Source: Deinococcus sp. (GTDB lineage Bacteria > Deinococcota > Deinococci > Deinococcales > Deinococcaceae). From it: a stretch of 64,000 nt of DNA. The position numbers and the translations under genes are program-made. The notes below the pieces were generated by a model. That model searched no databases. It was given only the letters and a program-made list of their open reading frames with translations, and was not told the DNA's origin. This document shows, in pieces, positions 19,596 through 34,351 of this stretch. How positions within the stretch are numbered: the stretch's first letter is position 1; the number at the start of each line of letters is the position of its first letter. Location of the stretch: assembly GCA_965261005.1 (NCBI GenBank), contig OZ253375.1, positions 1,984,001 to 2,048,000 on the forward strand. Direction: 5' to 3'.

Positions 19596-20753
19596 TCAGC
19601 GGCGGCCGAACTGGGTGCTGCTGGCGCTGGGCGCCGGCGCCGGCGCCGGCGCGGCCGGCCGGGGTTGCGCCGCCGACCCGAGGGCGCTTTCGCTCGCCAG
19701 GCGCGCGAACTCCTTGGCGTCCACGGCCCGCTCCACGCCGGTGTCGTAGCTGATGGTGCGGCGGCGGTAGAGGTTCGCCAAAAAGGCGTCCATGGTGATC
19801 ATGCCTGCCTGCGCGCTGGTCTGCATCACGCTGGTGATTTGGTAGGTCTTGCCTTCGCGGATCAGGGCGCGCACGGCCGGGTTGGCGATCAGGATTTCGT
19901 AGGCCAGCACGCGCCCCTCGCGGTCGGCCCTGGGCAGCAGCTGCTGGGTCATGACCGCGACCAGGTTGTTGGCGAGCTGCACCCGGATCTGGGCTTGCTG
20001 CTCTTCCGGGAACACGTCCACGATGCGGTCGATGCTTTCGGGCGCGCTGTTGGTGTGCAGGGTGCCCATCACCAGGTGGCCGGTCTCGGCGGCGGTCACG
20101 GCGGCCTTGATGGTCTCGTAGTCGCGCATCTCGCCCACCAGGATCACGTCGGGCGCTTGGCGAAGAACCGCGCGCAGGGCGTTGTCAAAGCTCCAGGTGT
20201 CGGCCCCGACCTCGCGCTGATTGATGATGGAGGCTTTGTGTTGATGCATGAACTCGATGGGGTCCTCGATGGTCATGATGTGCATCTTCTTGTTGGCGTT
20301 GATGTAGTCGAGCATGGCCGCCAAGGTGGTGGACTTGCCCGAGCCGGTCGGCCCGGTCACGAGCACCAGGCCGCGCGGCGCGTCGGCGATCTGGACCACG
20401 GTGCTGGGCAGGCCCAGGTCCCCGACGCTCTTGATGTTGGTGGGAATCAGGCGCATCACGCCGCCCACCGCGCCGCGCTGCACAAAGGCGTTGACCCGGA
20501 AGCGCGCCCGCTCGCCCAGGGCGAACGAGAAGTCCAGCTCGCGCTTCTCCTCAAAGGTGCGCTGCTGCTTTTCGTTCATCATGCTGTACATCAGTTTGCG
20601 GGTGTCGGTCGGCTCCAAGGCGCCGAGGTCGAAGGTGGTGTACTCGCCGTGAATCTTGAACTGCGGGCTGAGGCCCGCTGTCAGAATCACGTCCGAGGCG
20701 TTCTTGTCGGTCGCGATGCGCAGGATGTCGGTGATGTCGCTGGGGGTGTGCAT
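19596..20753 (-). CDS. pilT: Type IV pilus retraction ATPase PilT
   Basis: VTGPTGSGKSTT, TIEDPIEF, LVGEMRD, TLHTNSA, VRALIRE. Confidence 0.95.
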   Translation of the reverse strand: MHTPSDITDILRIATDKNASDVILTAGLSPQFKIHGEYTTFDLGALEPTDTRKLMYSMMNEKQQRTFEEKRELDFSFALGERARFRVNAFVQRGAVGGVMRLIPTNIKSVGDLGLPSTVVQIADAPRGLVLVTGPTGSGKSTTLAAMLDYINANKKMHIMTIEDPIEFMHQHKASIINQREVGADTWSFDNALRAVLRQAPDVILVGEMRDYETIKAAVTAAETGHLVMGTLHTNSAPESIDRIVDVFPEEQQAQIRVQLANNLVAVMTQQLLPRADREGRVLAYEILIANPAVRALIREGKTYQITSVMQTSAQAGMITMDAFLANLYRRRTISYDTGVERAVDAKEFARLASESALGSAAQPRPAAPAPAPAPSASSTQFGRR

Positions 20754-20816
20754 GAAAGGCTCCTTATCAACGGGTCGAGGTAAATGGGGTCGAGATGAAT
20801 GGGGTCGGGGACCGGG

Positions 20817-23460
<2,644 letters not shown>

Positions 23461-23480
<20 letters not shown>

Positions 23481-24030
23481 ATTGACCTCCTAAAAAGAGC
23501 GGGTGGGCGAAGTGGTCCGGTTCGTCGCGTCCTGACCTCTGATGAAGGCCGTAGCGCCGCAACACCAATTGCTCTAGGCGCCGGGCCGCCTGGGTGTGCG
23601 GCAGGGCGTTGCCGCCGACGGGGTCCACCATAATGGTGAACATGCCGACCAAGTTGCCGCCCAACACGTCGGTGAACAGTTGGTCGCCGGCCATGGCGAC
23701 GTGCTGGGGAGCGAGGCCCAACCGCCGCGCCGCCCGCCGGAAGGTGCCGGGCAGCGGCTTGCTGGCCAGGCCCACCCCGGCGAAGCCCAGCTTCTGGGTC
23801 CAAAAGCGCACCCGGCCGTGGGCGGCGTTGGACAGCAGCGCCAGCTTGACGCCCGCAAGCAGCAGGTCTGCCGCCCAGCGCTGCACCTCCTCGGCCGGCG
23901 CGTAGGACCCGTAGGGCACCAGCGTGCTGTCGAGGTCCAGCAGCAGACCGGACAAGTCGTGCGCGCGCAGCAAATCCGGCGTGATCTCGGTGACGCGCGC
24001 TAGGATCAGTTTTGGTCGCAACAGGCTCAC
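23461..24030 (-). CDS. YqeG-family HAD IIIA phosphatase
   Basis: LDLDSTLV, LSN, KP, GDQLFTDVLGGN. Confidence 0.88.
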
Positions 24031-24153
24031 GGTCCGTTTTTCCCGGCTGTTTTGATCGAGTCTTCATTCATGACGCGCGCCCCATCTCGCCAGTGTAGCG
24101 CTCACCCTCTTGCAAGCTTCTGACACGGCCGGCAAATGCTCTAGATTGCCCGC

Positions 24154-24939
24154 ATGATCCAGATTGACTTGACCGGCAAGACCGCCCTGGTGCTGGGCGT
24201 GACCAACGCGCGCAGCCTCGGCTGGGCCATCGGCGAGCAGCTGCTCAGGGCGGGCGCCCGCGCCGGCTTCGCTTACCAGGGAGAGCGTTTAAGGGGTGAC
24301 TTGGAGAAGTTGACGGCCCCCTATGAGGGCGCCTGGACCGAGCAATGTGACGTGACGGTGGAGGCCGATTTGGAGCGGCTCTTTTCACGCGTGAGGAGCG
24401 AGTTCGGGCACCTCGACATGATCGTCCACTCGGTCGCCTACGCGCCGAGGGGCGCGATGGACGGCCGCTTTATCGAGACCACCCCGCAGGACTGGAACAC
24501 CGCCTTGTCGGTCAGCGCCTACAGCTTGGTCTCGGTCGCGCGCCACGCGGAGCCGCTGCTGCGTGAGGGCGGCAGCGTCGTGACGTTGACCTACTACGCC
24601 TCGCAAAAGGTGGTGCCCAAGTACAACGTGATGGGTGTCGCCAAGGCGGCCTTAGAGGCCAGCACGCGCTACCTGGCCTACGAATTAGGGAAGGGGGGCG
24701 TGCGCGTCAACGCCATCAGCGCCGGCCCCATGCGCACGGTGGCCGCGCGCAGCATTCCCGGCTTCGGCAGCATGTACGAGAAGGCGGCCGGCATGGCCAT
24801 GCTCGGCCGCAACGCCACCCAGGAGGAGGTGGGCAAGCTGGGCCTGTTCCTCTTGTCCGATCTCGCCAGCGGCATCACCGGCGAGGTGACCTACGTGGAC
24901 GCCGGCTACAACGCGATGGGCATGCAGCTGGAGGGGTAG
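24154..24939 (+). CDS. fabI: Enoyl-ACP reductase FabI
   Basis: GVTNARSLGW, SAYSL, YNVMGVAKAALE, SAGPMRT; TAGATT 6 nt upstream of ATG. Confidence 0.95.
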   Translation: MIQIDLTGKTALVLGVTNARSLGWAIGEQLLRAGARAGFAYQGERLRGDLEKLTAPYEGAWTEQCDVTVEADLERLFSRVRSEFGHLDMIVHSVAYAPRGAMDGRFIETTPQDWNTALSVSAYSLVSVARHAEPLLREGGSVVTLTYYASQKVVPKYNVMGVAKAALEASTRYLAYELGKGGVRVNAISAGPMRTVAARSIPGFGSMYEKAAGMAMLGRNATQEEVGKLGLFLLSDLASGITGEVTYVDAGYNAMGMQLEG

Positions 24940-25008
24940 AACAGATCTTAAGCTGTCTATCATCTGCCGGACTTGATTACGTCCTAAGCTAACTTTGGAG
25001 GACATGTT

Positions 25009-25392
25009 ATGGCACTCAAAGACTTGCAGCAGAACGAGATGATGGCCCACCTGCTCGACGGCCTGAAGCACAAGCGCGACATCGGTCACTACGGCCGCTT
25101 GGTATTCGCCATCGTGGCGCGGCACTTCGTGGACGAAGACGAGTTGGTGAAGCTGCTGGCCCAGGACAAGGACTTTTCCAAGGAGCAGGCGAGCGGCTTG
25201 GTGCAGCAGGTGCAGCAGGCCGACTACAACCCGCCGCGCCGCGAAAAGATCATGGAGTACATGCAGAAGCAGGACTTCCCGATTCTGCCCAACGCCGACG
25301 ACCCCGACGCCGGCAACGTGTACCGCGACTTGGAGTTTCCCGAGAGCGTCTACCAGCACATCAGCGAGTACCACCAGCAAAAGGCGGGCTGA
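25009..25392 (+). CDS. Hypothetical protein
   Basis: GGAGG RBS, 127 aa, followed by strong hairpin 25401-25434. Confidence 0.8.
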   Translation: MALKDLQQNEMMAHLLDGLKHKRDIGHYGRLVFAIVARHFVDEDELVKLLAQDKDFSKEQASGLVQQVQQADYNPPRREKIMEYMQKQDFPILPNADDPDAGNVYRDLEFPESVYQHISEYHQQKAG

Positions 25393-25528
25393 AGCCCGCG
25401 AGGCGGCGCCCCACCAGTTGGTGGGGCGCCGCCTTCCAAATCGGCTTTTGGTAAAGGCGTGAAGTGGGCCTTGGGTTTTCCTTCAGCCATCCAAACCGGC
25501 TTCACCCGCTTGGACCTACACTGCGTCC

Positions 25529-26224
25529 ATGCTGCCGCCCGCCTTTGTCGTCCGGCACCGCCATTGGTTGGCCGCGCTGATTTTCGTGCTGATCCCGCTG
25601 GTGGGCTTCGGCAACATCGCCGAGGACGTCTACGAGCGCGAGGCTTTTGCGTGGGAAAAGCCGGTGATTCTGGCGATTCACTCGCTTCAGTCGCGCGGCC
25701 TGACCGACTTTTTCTACGGCTTGAGCGTGGTGGGCGGGGCCGCCTGGGGCTGGGTTCTGCCGCTCTTGCTGCTGCTGCTGGCGTGGCGCGTGTCCAGGGC
25801 GTCGGCGGTCTTCTTCCTGCTGGCGGTGGGCGGCTCGACCCTGCTGAACGTGGGCCTCAAGCTGTTTTTTCACCGCGATCGGCCGACTGTTCTGATTCAC
25901 CTGTGGCAAACCAATGACTATTCGTTTCCCAGCGGCCACGCCATGCTGGCCGCCGCCATCGTCGCCGCTTGCGCCGCCCTGCTGTGGCGCACCCGCTTTC
26001 GCGCGCCCACTTTGGTGCTGGGCGGGCTGTACGCCGCCCTGATGGACGTGGCGCGGGTGTACCTGGGCGTTCACTACCCGACCGACGTGCTGGCGGGCAC
26101 CGCCCTGAGCGTTGCCTGGGTGTCGGCTTTGGCGCTGCTGTTCTGGCCGCTGCTGCACCGGGCGCAGCGGCACGTGCGCGGGGTGGAAAGGCAAAAAGGC
26201 GAACAGCGCCTTTCCGGCGATTAG
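25529..26224 (+). CDS. PAP2-family membrane phosphatase
   Basis: K..FHRDRP, SFPSGHA, RVYLGVHYPTDV. Confidence 0.92.
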   Translation: MLPPAFVVRHRHWLAALIFVLIPLVGFGNIAEDVYEREAFAWEKPVILAIHSLQSRGLTDFFYGLSVVGGAAWGWVLPLLLLLLAWRVSRASAVFFLLAVGGSTLLNVGLKLFFHRDRPTVLIHLWQTNDYSFPSGHAMLAAAIVAACAALLWRTRFRAPTLVLGGLYAALMDVARVYLGVHYPTDVLAGTALSVAWVSALALLFWPLLHRAQRHVRGVERQKGEQRLSGD

Positions 26225-26435
26225 AGCATTTGTCAATTCTATTGCGCGCTTCCGGCTTCGCGTCTTCTTGGCCAAAACAGCGCCCATGAGGACGCTTGGC
26301 CGCTTGGGCAGAACGGCACCTATCGGGCCTGCCCGCCTCCACCGCTCCATGCCATTGACACATGCTCTCCCCTTGTTACTCGTTCCACTCGGGAAGTATT
26401 GAGAAGGGCGCTCAATGCTTCCGACAAATGCTCTA
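26222..26435. repeat. 214-bp MITE-like element
   Basis: Perfect 13-bp terminal IR TAGAGCATTTGTC / GACAAATGCTCTA; internal degenerate IR copy near 26357 and hairpin near right end. Confidence 0.75.
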
Positions 26436-26443
26436 GCCTTGGG

Positions 26444-27274
<831 letters not shown>

Positions 27275-27287
27275 CGAAGCACCTCGT

Positions 27288-27923
27288 TCATTGCAAGACC
27301 TCGCGCATGTCGCGCGCCACCTTGTCCACCTGCGACAGCTGGGTGTAGTCGTACAGCACGCGCAGCCGCCCCCCCGGGTCGATCAGGGAGGTGGCGGCGG
27401 TGTGGTTGATCTGGTAGTCATTCGGGCCGCGCACGCTGACCTTTTGGTAGCCCACCCCGTAGCTCCCCGCGACCTCGCTCAGGGCGGGTTCGGGCACATT
27501 CAGGCCGGTCACGCCGGGACCGAAAAAGCCGACGTAGTCCTTCAGCTTCGCCGGCGTGTCGCGCGCCGGGTCGAGGCTCACGAAGACGATTTGGACGTTT
27601 TGACGCTGTCCCTCGGGCAAAGCCGCGCGGGCTTTTTGCAGGTAGTGCATGGTCAGCGGGCAGATGTCGGGGCAGTGGGTGAAGCCGAAGAACAGCGCCA
27701 CCTCCCGCCCGCGCAGCGAGGCCAGCGAAAAGGGCCGCCCGTCCTGGTCGGTCGCGCTCAGGGCCGGGGCCGTGGGGCGGGCGTCGTAGACTGTGCCGTA
27801 GTAAGCGAAGTTGCTCTTCAGGCGGGCGTAGAGCCATACCCCGCCCAGCAAGGCGGCCACCGCCAAAAGGGCGCGGGTCAGGCCGCGCGCCCAATCGGGG
27901 GCGCGCTTGCGGGCGACGCTCAC
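27288..27923 (-). CDS. SCO1/SenC copper chaperone
   Basis: FFGFTHCPDICP, SLDPARDT, INH; start uncertain. Confidence 0.92.
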   Translation of the reverse strand: MSVARKRAPDWARGLTRALLAVAALLGGVWLYARLKSNFAYYGTVYDARPTAPALSATDQDGRPFSLASLRGREVALFFGFTHCPDICPLTMHYLQKARAALPEGQRQNVQIVFVSLDPARDTPAKLKDYVGFFGPGVTGLNVPEPALSEVAGSYGVGYQKVSVRGPNDYQINHTAATSLIDPGGRLRVLYDYTQLSQVDKVARDMREVLQ

Positions 27924-27991
27924 GGCGAAATCACGCCTCAACATAACGCCCGAAAACGGGTACAAACGCCCCCCAACAGGTAACATGCCGT

Positions 27992-28234
27992 ATGAGCATT
28001 CGCCTGCGCTGCCCGAACGTCGGTTTGACCGAGGGGGTCACCGCGACCGTCGTGGAAAGCGCCGTGGACTTGCTGCGCCCCGGCGACCACGTCACCTTTC
28101 GCGCCGACGAGGGCCGCACCGACCTCGGCACCCTCAACTTCGAGGGCAACGCCTACCGGGTGGGCAACATTCACTTCCTGGCCGACCTGAGCGCCGAGCG
28201 CTTCGTGCTGGTGGAGTGCGAGCTGGCGGACTAA
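27992..28234 (+). CDS. Hypothetical protein
   Basis: 80-aa ORF with TAACAT just upstream of ATG. Confidence 0.65.
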   Translation: MSIRLRCPNVGLTEGVTATVVESAVDLLRPGDHVTFRADEGRTDLGTLNFEGNAYRVGNIHFLADLSAERFVLVECELAD

Positions 28235-28271
28235 AAACCCCCCAGTTTTCACGCTAGCCTTGGTCCCAAGC

Positions 28272-29078
28272 ATGCCGCCCGCCCCCCAACTCGACCCAAA
28301 AAAGGTGCGCGCCCAGCTGCACCGCGAGCGCTGGCGGCTGCTGCGCCGCCTTGACCGCCTGACCGATCCCTACATGGTGGTGCTCTCCTTTGTGTGGCTG
28401 GGCCTGCTGATCTACGATCTGACCCTGGGCCTCAGCCCCGCCCTCCAACTGCTGAGCAACGTCATCTGGGTGCTGTTCATCCTGGACTTTCTGCTCTCGT
28501 TCACCTTGGCGCCCGACAAGTGGCGCTACCTGAGACAGAACTGGCTGACAGCCCTCTCGCTGCTGTTGCCCGCCCTGCGGGTACTCAGGGTGTTCCGCGT
28601 CTTCCGGGCGCTGCGCTTTCTGCGTGCGGCGCGCCCGCTCAATTTGCTGCGGCTTCTCACCAGCCTGAACCGGGGCTTCCGGGCGCTGGGCCGCGCGGTG
28701 CGGCGGCGCGGCCTCGTCTACGTCGTGCTGCTGACGGCCATCGTGACCTTCGCGGGCGCGGCGGGCATGTTCGCCTTCGAGGAGAACGGCTTTCACAGCT
28801 ACTGGGACGCCTTGTGGTGGACCGCCATGCTGATGACCACCCTCGGTGGCGCCTACAGCCCCGTCACGCCCGAGGGGCGCTTTCTGACCTTTGTGCTGGC
28901 GGTGTACGCCTTCGCCATCTTCGGCTACATCACGGCGGCCATCGCCAGCTTGTTCGTCGGGCAAGACCAAGAGGAGCGCCGGGAAGCGGGCGCCGGGGAG
29001 CAGCTGAGCGCCGAGATCGCGGCGCTGCGGCGGGAATTGGCAGTCTGGCGCGCGGACAATTCACCTGAGCGCGAGTAG
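28272..29078 (+). CDS. Voltage-gated-channel-like ion transport protein
   Basis: S4-like RVLRVFRVFRALRFLR; pore helix DALWW..MTTLG; PVTPEGR. Confidence 0.85.
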   Translation: MPPAPQLDPKKVRAQLHRERWRLLRRLDRLTDPYMVVLSFVWLGLLIYDLTLGLSPALQLLSNVIWVLFILDFLLSFTLAPDKWRYLRQNWLTALSLLLPALRVLRVFRVFRALRFLRAARPLNLLRLLTSLNRGFRALGRAVRRRGLVYVVLLTAIVTFAGAAGMFAFEENGFHSYWDALWWTAMLMTTLGGAYSPVTPEGRFLTFVLAVYAFAIFGYITAAIASLFVGQDQEERREAGAGEQLSAEIAALRRELAVWRADNSPERE

Positions 29079-29138
29079 ATGGTCAGAAGCCCGTCACGCC
29101 GGTGTTTCTACACTGCTGAAGAACTACAGGAGGTTCTC

Positions 29139-29717
29139 TTGCACATTCACCGTCTTTTTCCCCTGTTGCTGGCCCTCGCCCTCGGTCCCGCCTTGGCCGA
29201 CGGCGCGGCGCCGAGCAGCTTCGGCAACCTGAGCAGCGTCAAGAACGCCCTGCCCGCCGGCGCCACGCTGACCTTGCTGGACGCAAACGATCAACTGGTC
29301 GCCACCTTGGGCAAAGACGGCGCCCTGACCCTCGCGGCCGGGGCCAACCTGAGCGCGGCGACCAAGGTCACAGTCACGGGTGTGGACGGCGCCCAGACCT
29401 ACACGCTGGCCCGTTCGGTCGAAACCGGCCAGGTATTCGTCAACGCTGCGGGTCCGCAAGGCCAAGCGCAGGTGTTGCCGCTGGTGGCCGTGCTGCATCG
29501 TTATGCCGGCCAAGCCGGGCCGCGCGACGACGCACAGGTCAAACCCAAGCCGGAGGCCGCGAACAAGCCCGAAGCGACAGAAAAGCCAGAACGTGCGAAA
29601 AAACCAGAAGCAACTGAGAAACCGGAGACCCAATCCAAACCTGACAAGGTTGACGATCAGGGGGCCGGCCACGGCCAAGCCGGCGGCGAACATGGCAAGG
29701 GCAAGGGCGGCAAGTAA
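29139..29717 (+). CDS. Secreted protein with KPE-repeat low-complexity tail
   Basis: AGGAGG then TTG; signal peptide ending ALA; terminator 29735-29762. Confidence 0.7.
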   Translation: MHIHRLFPLLLALALGPALADGAAPSSFGNLSSVKNALPAGATLTLLDANDQLVATLGKDGALTLAAGANLSAATKVTVTGVDGAQTYTLARSVETGQVFVNAAGPQGQAQVLPLVAVLHRYAGQAGPRDDAQVKPKPEAANKPEATEKPERAKKPEATEKPETQSKPDKVDDQGAGHGQAGGEHGKGKGGK

Positions 29718-29855
29718 GGGCGGCAGTTCGTCGAGGGCCGGAGCGTTTGCTCCGGCCCTTTTGAAGTGGTTCTGTAAGCTGAGGCCACCCGGTGCCGGCC
29801 GCTATACTCCTAACGAGCGTTAGATTCTGAACCTAAGCCTCGCACAGGAGGGCAC

Positions 29856-30959
29856 ATGCACAAGCCGTTTAGCGACAAGCCGATTCAATTGATCGGCGAG
29901 GACGGCCAGAAAGTCGGGCGCTGGTCCCTGGACCTCGGTGAAGAGGAGCTGCGCGCCCTGCACCGCGACATGCTGCGCGCGCGCGTCTTCGACGACAAGT
30001 TGGTGACGCTGCTCAGGCAGGGCAAGACCACCTTTTACGCCCAGTGCGGCGGCATGGAGGCGACCCAGGTGGGCGTCGCCCACGCCGCCCGCGCCGGCCA
30101 CGACTGGTTCTGGCCGTATTACCGCGACCAGGGAATCGCCCTCGCGCTGGGCGTCCCCATGCGCGACATGGTGGCGCAGTGCCTGGGCGTGGCCGCCGAC
30201 CTCAACAAGGGCCGCCAAATGCCGCACCACTTCGGCGACGCGAGATACAACCTGATGTCCATCAGTTCCTCCATCGCCAACCAGGTGGCCCCCGCCACCG
30301 GCACCGCGATGGCCCAGCAGTATCTGGGGACGGACGAGATCACCGTCTGCACCTTCGGCGACGGCGCGACCTCGGAGGGGGATTGGCACGCGGGCCTCAA
30401 CATGGCCGGCGTGAGCAAGGCGCCCATCGTGTTCGTGTGCGAAAACAACCAGTGGGCCATCTCGGTGGGGGTGGAGCGCCAAACGGCCTCTCCCAACATC
30501 GCGGTCAAGGCGCGCGCCTACGGAATGCCGGGCTATTACGTGGATGGTCAGGACGTGCTGGCGGTGCGCTCGGTGGTCGGGCAGGCCGTGGGGGCTGCCC
30601 GCGCGGGGGAAGGGCCGGCGCTGGTCGAGTGCCTGACCTACCGGCTCGGCTCACACTCCAACGCCGACACGGACGCCGAAAAGCGCTACCGCAGCCGCGA
30701 GGAAGTCGAGGCGTGGCGGGCGCGCGACCCCATCGCGCGCTTCGAGCGCTTTCTGGCGAGGGAGGGGCTGGAGATCACCGGGGACGAAAAGGCCGAGCTA
30801 CGCGCGGAAATCACCCGCGAGCTGAACGAGGCCATCGCCTGGGCCGAGGCCAGCGGCCCGCCGGCGCTGGAAAGCATGTTCGACGACGTGTACGCCGAAC
30901 TGCCCCCGCACCTGATTCGCCAGCGCGAGGTCGTCTTGGCCGAGGAGCGCTTAGAATGA
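29856..30959 (+). CDS. 2-oxoacid (branched-chain type) dehydrogenase E1 alpha
   Basis: [20 protein letters not shown] motif, YRLGSHS. Confidence 0.93.
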   Translation: MHKPFSDKPIQLIGEDGQKVGRWSLDLGEEELRALHRDMLRARVFDDKLVTLLRQGKTTFYAQCGGMEATQVGVAHAARAGHDWFWPYYRDQGIALALGVPMRDMVAQCLGVAADLNKGRQMPHHFGDARYNLMSISSSIANQVAPATGTAMAQQYLGTDEITVCTFGDGATSEGDWHAGLNMAGVSKAPIVFVCENNQWAISVGVERQTASPNIAVKARAYGMPGYYVDGQDVLAVRSVVGQAVGAARAGEGPALVECLTYRLGSHSNADTDAEKRYRSREEVEAWRARDPIARFERFLAREGLEITGDEKAELRAEITRELNEAIAWAEASGPPALESMFDDVYAELPPHLIRQREVVLAEERLE

Positions 30960-31978
30960 CCGCCGTGCAGACCAAGGCCCAGCTCACCCCGGAGGCGGCG
31001 CGCCCGACCACCCTCACGCTGATTGGGGCCATCACCCAGGCCATGCGCGGCGAGTTGGCGCGCGACGGGCGGGTGGTCGTCTTCGGCGAGGACGTGGGGG
31101 CGCGCGGCGGCGTCTTTCTCGCCACCGAGGGCCTGCAAGCCGAGTTCGGCGAGCGGCGGGTCTTCGATACGCCCCTCTCGGAGGCCAGCATTGTCGGCGC
31201 GGCGGTCGGCATGGCGGCGCGCGGCCTGCGTCCCATCGCCGAGGTGCAGTTCTCGGACTACATCTTTCCCGGCTTCGACCAGATTGTCAGCCAGGCGGCC
31301 AAGCTGCGCTACCGCAGCGGCGGCCAGTTCGGCGCCCCGCTGGTGATCCGCTCGCCGTCGGGCGGCGGCGTGCGCGGCGGGCACCACCACAGCCAGAGTC
31401 CCGAGGCCTACTTCGCCCACACCCCCGGCCTTCAGGTCGTGATGCCGTCCACTCCCTACGACGCGATGGGCCTCTTAAGGAGCGCCGTGCGCGGCGAGGA
31501 CCCGGTGCTGTTCTTCGAGCCGAAGCGCCTGTACCGCGCGGCCAAAGGGGAGGTGCCCCCGGAAGACTTCACGGTGCCCATCGGTCAGGCCGCCCGGCGC
31601 CGTGAGGGCACGGACCTGACCATTGTCGGCTACGGCGGCGTGATGCCCGACGCGCTCAGGGCCGCCGAGGCGCTTTTCCAGGAGGGCGTGAGCGCCGAGG
31701 TGTTGGACCTCCGCTCGATCATGCCGTGGGACCGGGAAGCCGTGTTGGCCTCGGTCGCCAAAACTGGGCGGGCGCTGCTGGTCAGCGAGGCGCCCAGAAC
31801 CGCCAACTTCATGGGCGAGGTCGCCTACGTCATTCAGCACGAGCTGTTCGACACCTTGCTGGCCCCAATCGGCCAGGTGGCCGGCTTCGACATCCCCTAC
31901 CCCTACGCCCTCGACAAGACCTACCTGCCGGGAGCGAACCGCATGCTCAGGGCCGCCGCGCGGCTGCTGGAATATTGA
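30956..31978 (+). CDS. 2-oxoacid dehydrogenase E1 beta
   Basis: [23 protein letters not shown] overlap with alpha. Confidence 0.93.
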   Translation: MTAVQTKAQLTPEAARPTTLTLIGAITQAMRGELARDGRVVVFGEDVGARGGVFLATEGLQAEFGERRVFDTPLSEASIVGAAVGMAARGLRPIAEVQFSDYIFPGFDQIVSQAAKLRYRSGGQFGAPLVIRSPSGGGVRGGHHHSQSPEAYFAHTPGLQVVMPSTPYDAMGLLRSAVRGEDPVLFFEPKRLYRAAKGEVPPEDFTVPIGQAARRREGTDLTIVGYGGVMPDALRAAEALFQEGVSAEVLDLRSIMPWDREAVLASVAKTGRALLVSEAPRTANFMGEVAYVIQHELFDTLLAPIGQVAGFDIPYPYALDKTYLPGANRMLRAAARLLEY

Positions 31979-32451
31979 TGAACCTGCGCTCGTCCTTCGT
32001 GCAGCAACTGATTGCCCTGTTCGTGCTGGTCGTGGTCGGCAACGTCCTGGCCAGCCTGATCGCCTACGCGGTCTTTCCGCTGCCGGTGGTCTTCCGCTGG
32101 GCGGTCTCGCTGCTGCCGTGGCTGGTGCCGTTGTACTACTTCCAGCAGTGGCGGGGGCGGCGGTTGGGGCGCAAGCGATTGGCGGCGCTGTACAAGCCGC
32201 TGGCGCGCTTTCCGGTCTTTTGGCTGATCGAGACGTGGTGGGTCTGGGCCAGCTTGGCCGTGCTGGTGGGCTTCCGGCTGCTGTCCGGGCGCTTGGGGGA
32301 GCTGCCGCAGAACTTGCACTTTCTGATCGCGCTGGCTGCCGGAACGGGCGTGGGCTACGCGCTGTGGCAGAACCTGGAGCGGCGGCGCGTTCCGGGCCGC
32401 CAATGGGTCGCCGGCCTTTCCGGCCTGTTCATCTTTCTGGGGCTGTATTGA
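31978..32451 (+). CDS. Membrane protein
   Basis: Hydrophobic ORF coupled to E1 beta (TGATG). Confidence 0.65.
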   Translation: MNLRSSFVQQLIALFVLVVVGNVLASLIAYAVFPLPVVFRWAVSLLPWLVPLYYFQQWRGRRLGRKRLAALYKPLARFPVFWLIETWWVWASLAVLVGFRLLSGRLGELPQNLHFLIALAAGTGVGYALWQNLERRRVPGRQWVAGLSGLFIFLGLY

Positions 32452-32672
32452 ACTTGGGCCGTCAGGTTTTGAGCTGGCTGGGCTTGGCGGCCGGCTTTGC
32501 GCTGTACCAGCTGGCCTTGCGCCTGCCCGAGCCTTGGGAAAGCGTCCTGATCGCGCTGTACTTCGTGGCCTTGGGCGCGCTGGCGCTGTGGTACGCGCGC
32601 GGCGAGCGTTGGATTCAGCTTCTCGGCGGCGTGCTGATGCTGTTCGGCGTCATTCGCGTGTTTTTGAGGTAG
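32448..32672 (+). CDS. Small membrane protein
   Basis: 74-aa hydrophobic ORF, TTG start overlapping upstream stop. Confidence 0.6.
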   Translation: MNLGRQVLSWLGLAAGFALYQLALRLPEPWESVLIALYFVALGALALWYARGERWIQLLGGVLMLFGVIRVFLR

Positions 32673-32715
32673 CAAGCGTCAAGCCAGGAATTGGGCGCGT
32701 TGGTTGGCTGGGTGG

Positions 32716-32756
32716 CCCCCTCACCCCTGGCCCCTCTCCCGCAGGGGGAGAGGGGA
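32716..32756. repeat. Pyrimidine/purine-rich palindromic intergenic repeat
   Basis: CCCCTCACCCCTGGCCCCTCTCCCgcagGGGGAGAGGGG. Confidence 0.55.
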
Positions 32757-32786
32757 GCAAAGATTCAGAAGTCGTAAGGAGCCTGT

Positions 32787-34223
<1,437 letters not shown>

Positions 34224-34233
34224 GGCGGTGTAG

Positions 34234-34262
34234 GTAGGGGCGGGTTTTAAACCCGCCCCTAC
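34234..34262. repeat. GTAG-type REP palindrome
   Basis: GTAGGGGCGGGTTT-t-AAACCCGCCCCTAC palindrome (GTAGGGGCGGGTTTTAAACCCGCCCCTAC). Confidence 0.65.
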
Positions 34263-34351
34263 GGCTTGTCGTATGGGTACACCAGCGGTTTTTGGTCGGC
34301 GCCCTCGTGAGGGGAGGCCAGCTGGCCTTCCCCTCTTCACCCCTTAATCCC

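Noticed and set aside
24133..24144. CAAATGCTCTAG upstream of fabI matching the MITE right IR
   Set aside because: No partner IR nearby; cannot be distinguished from chance or an old relic
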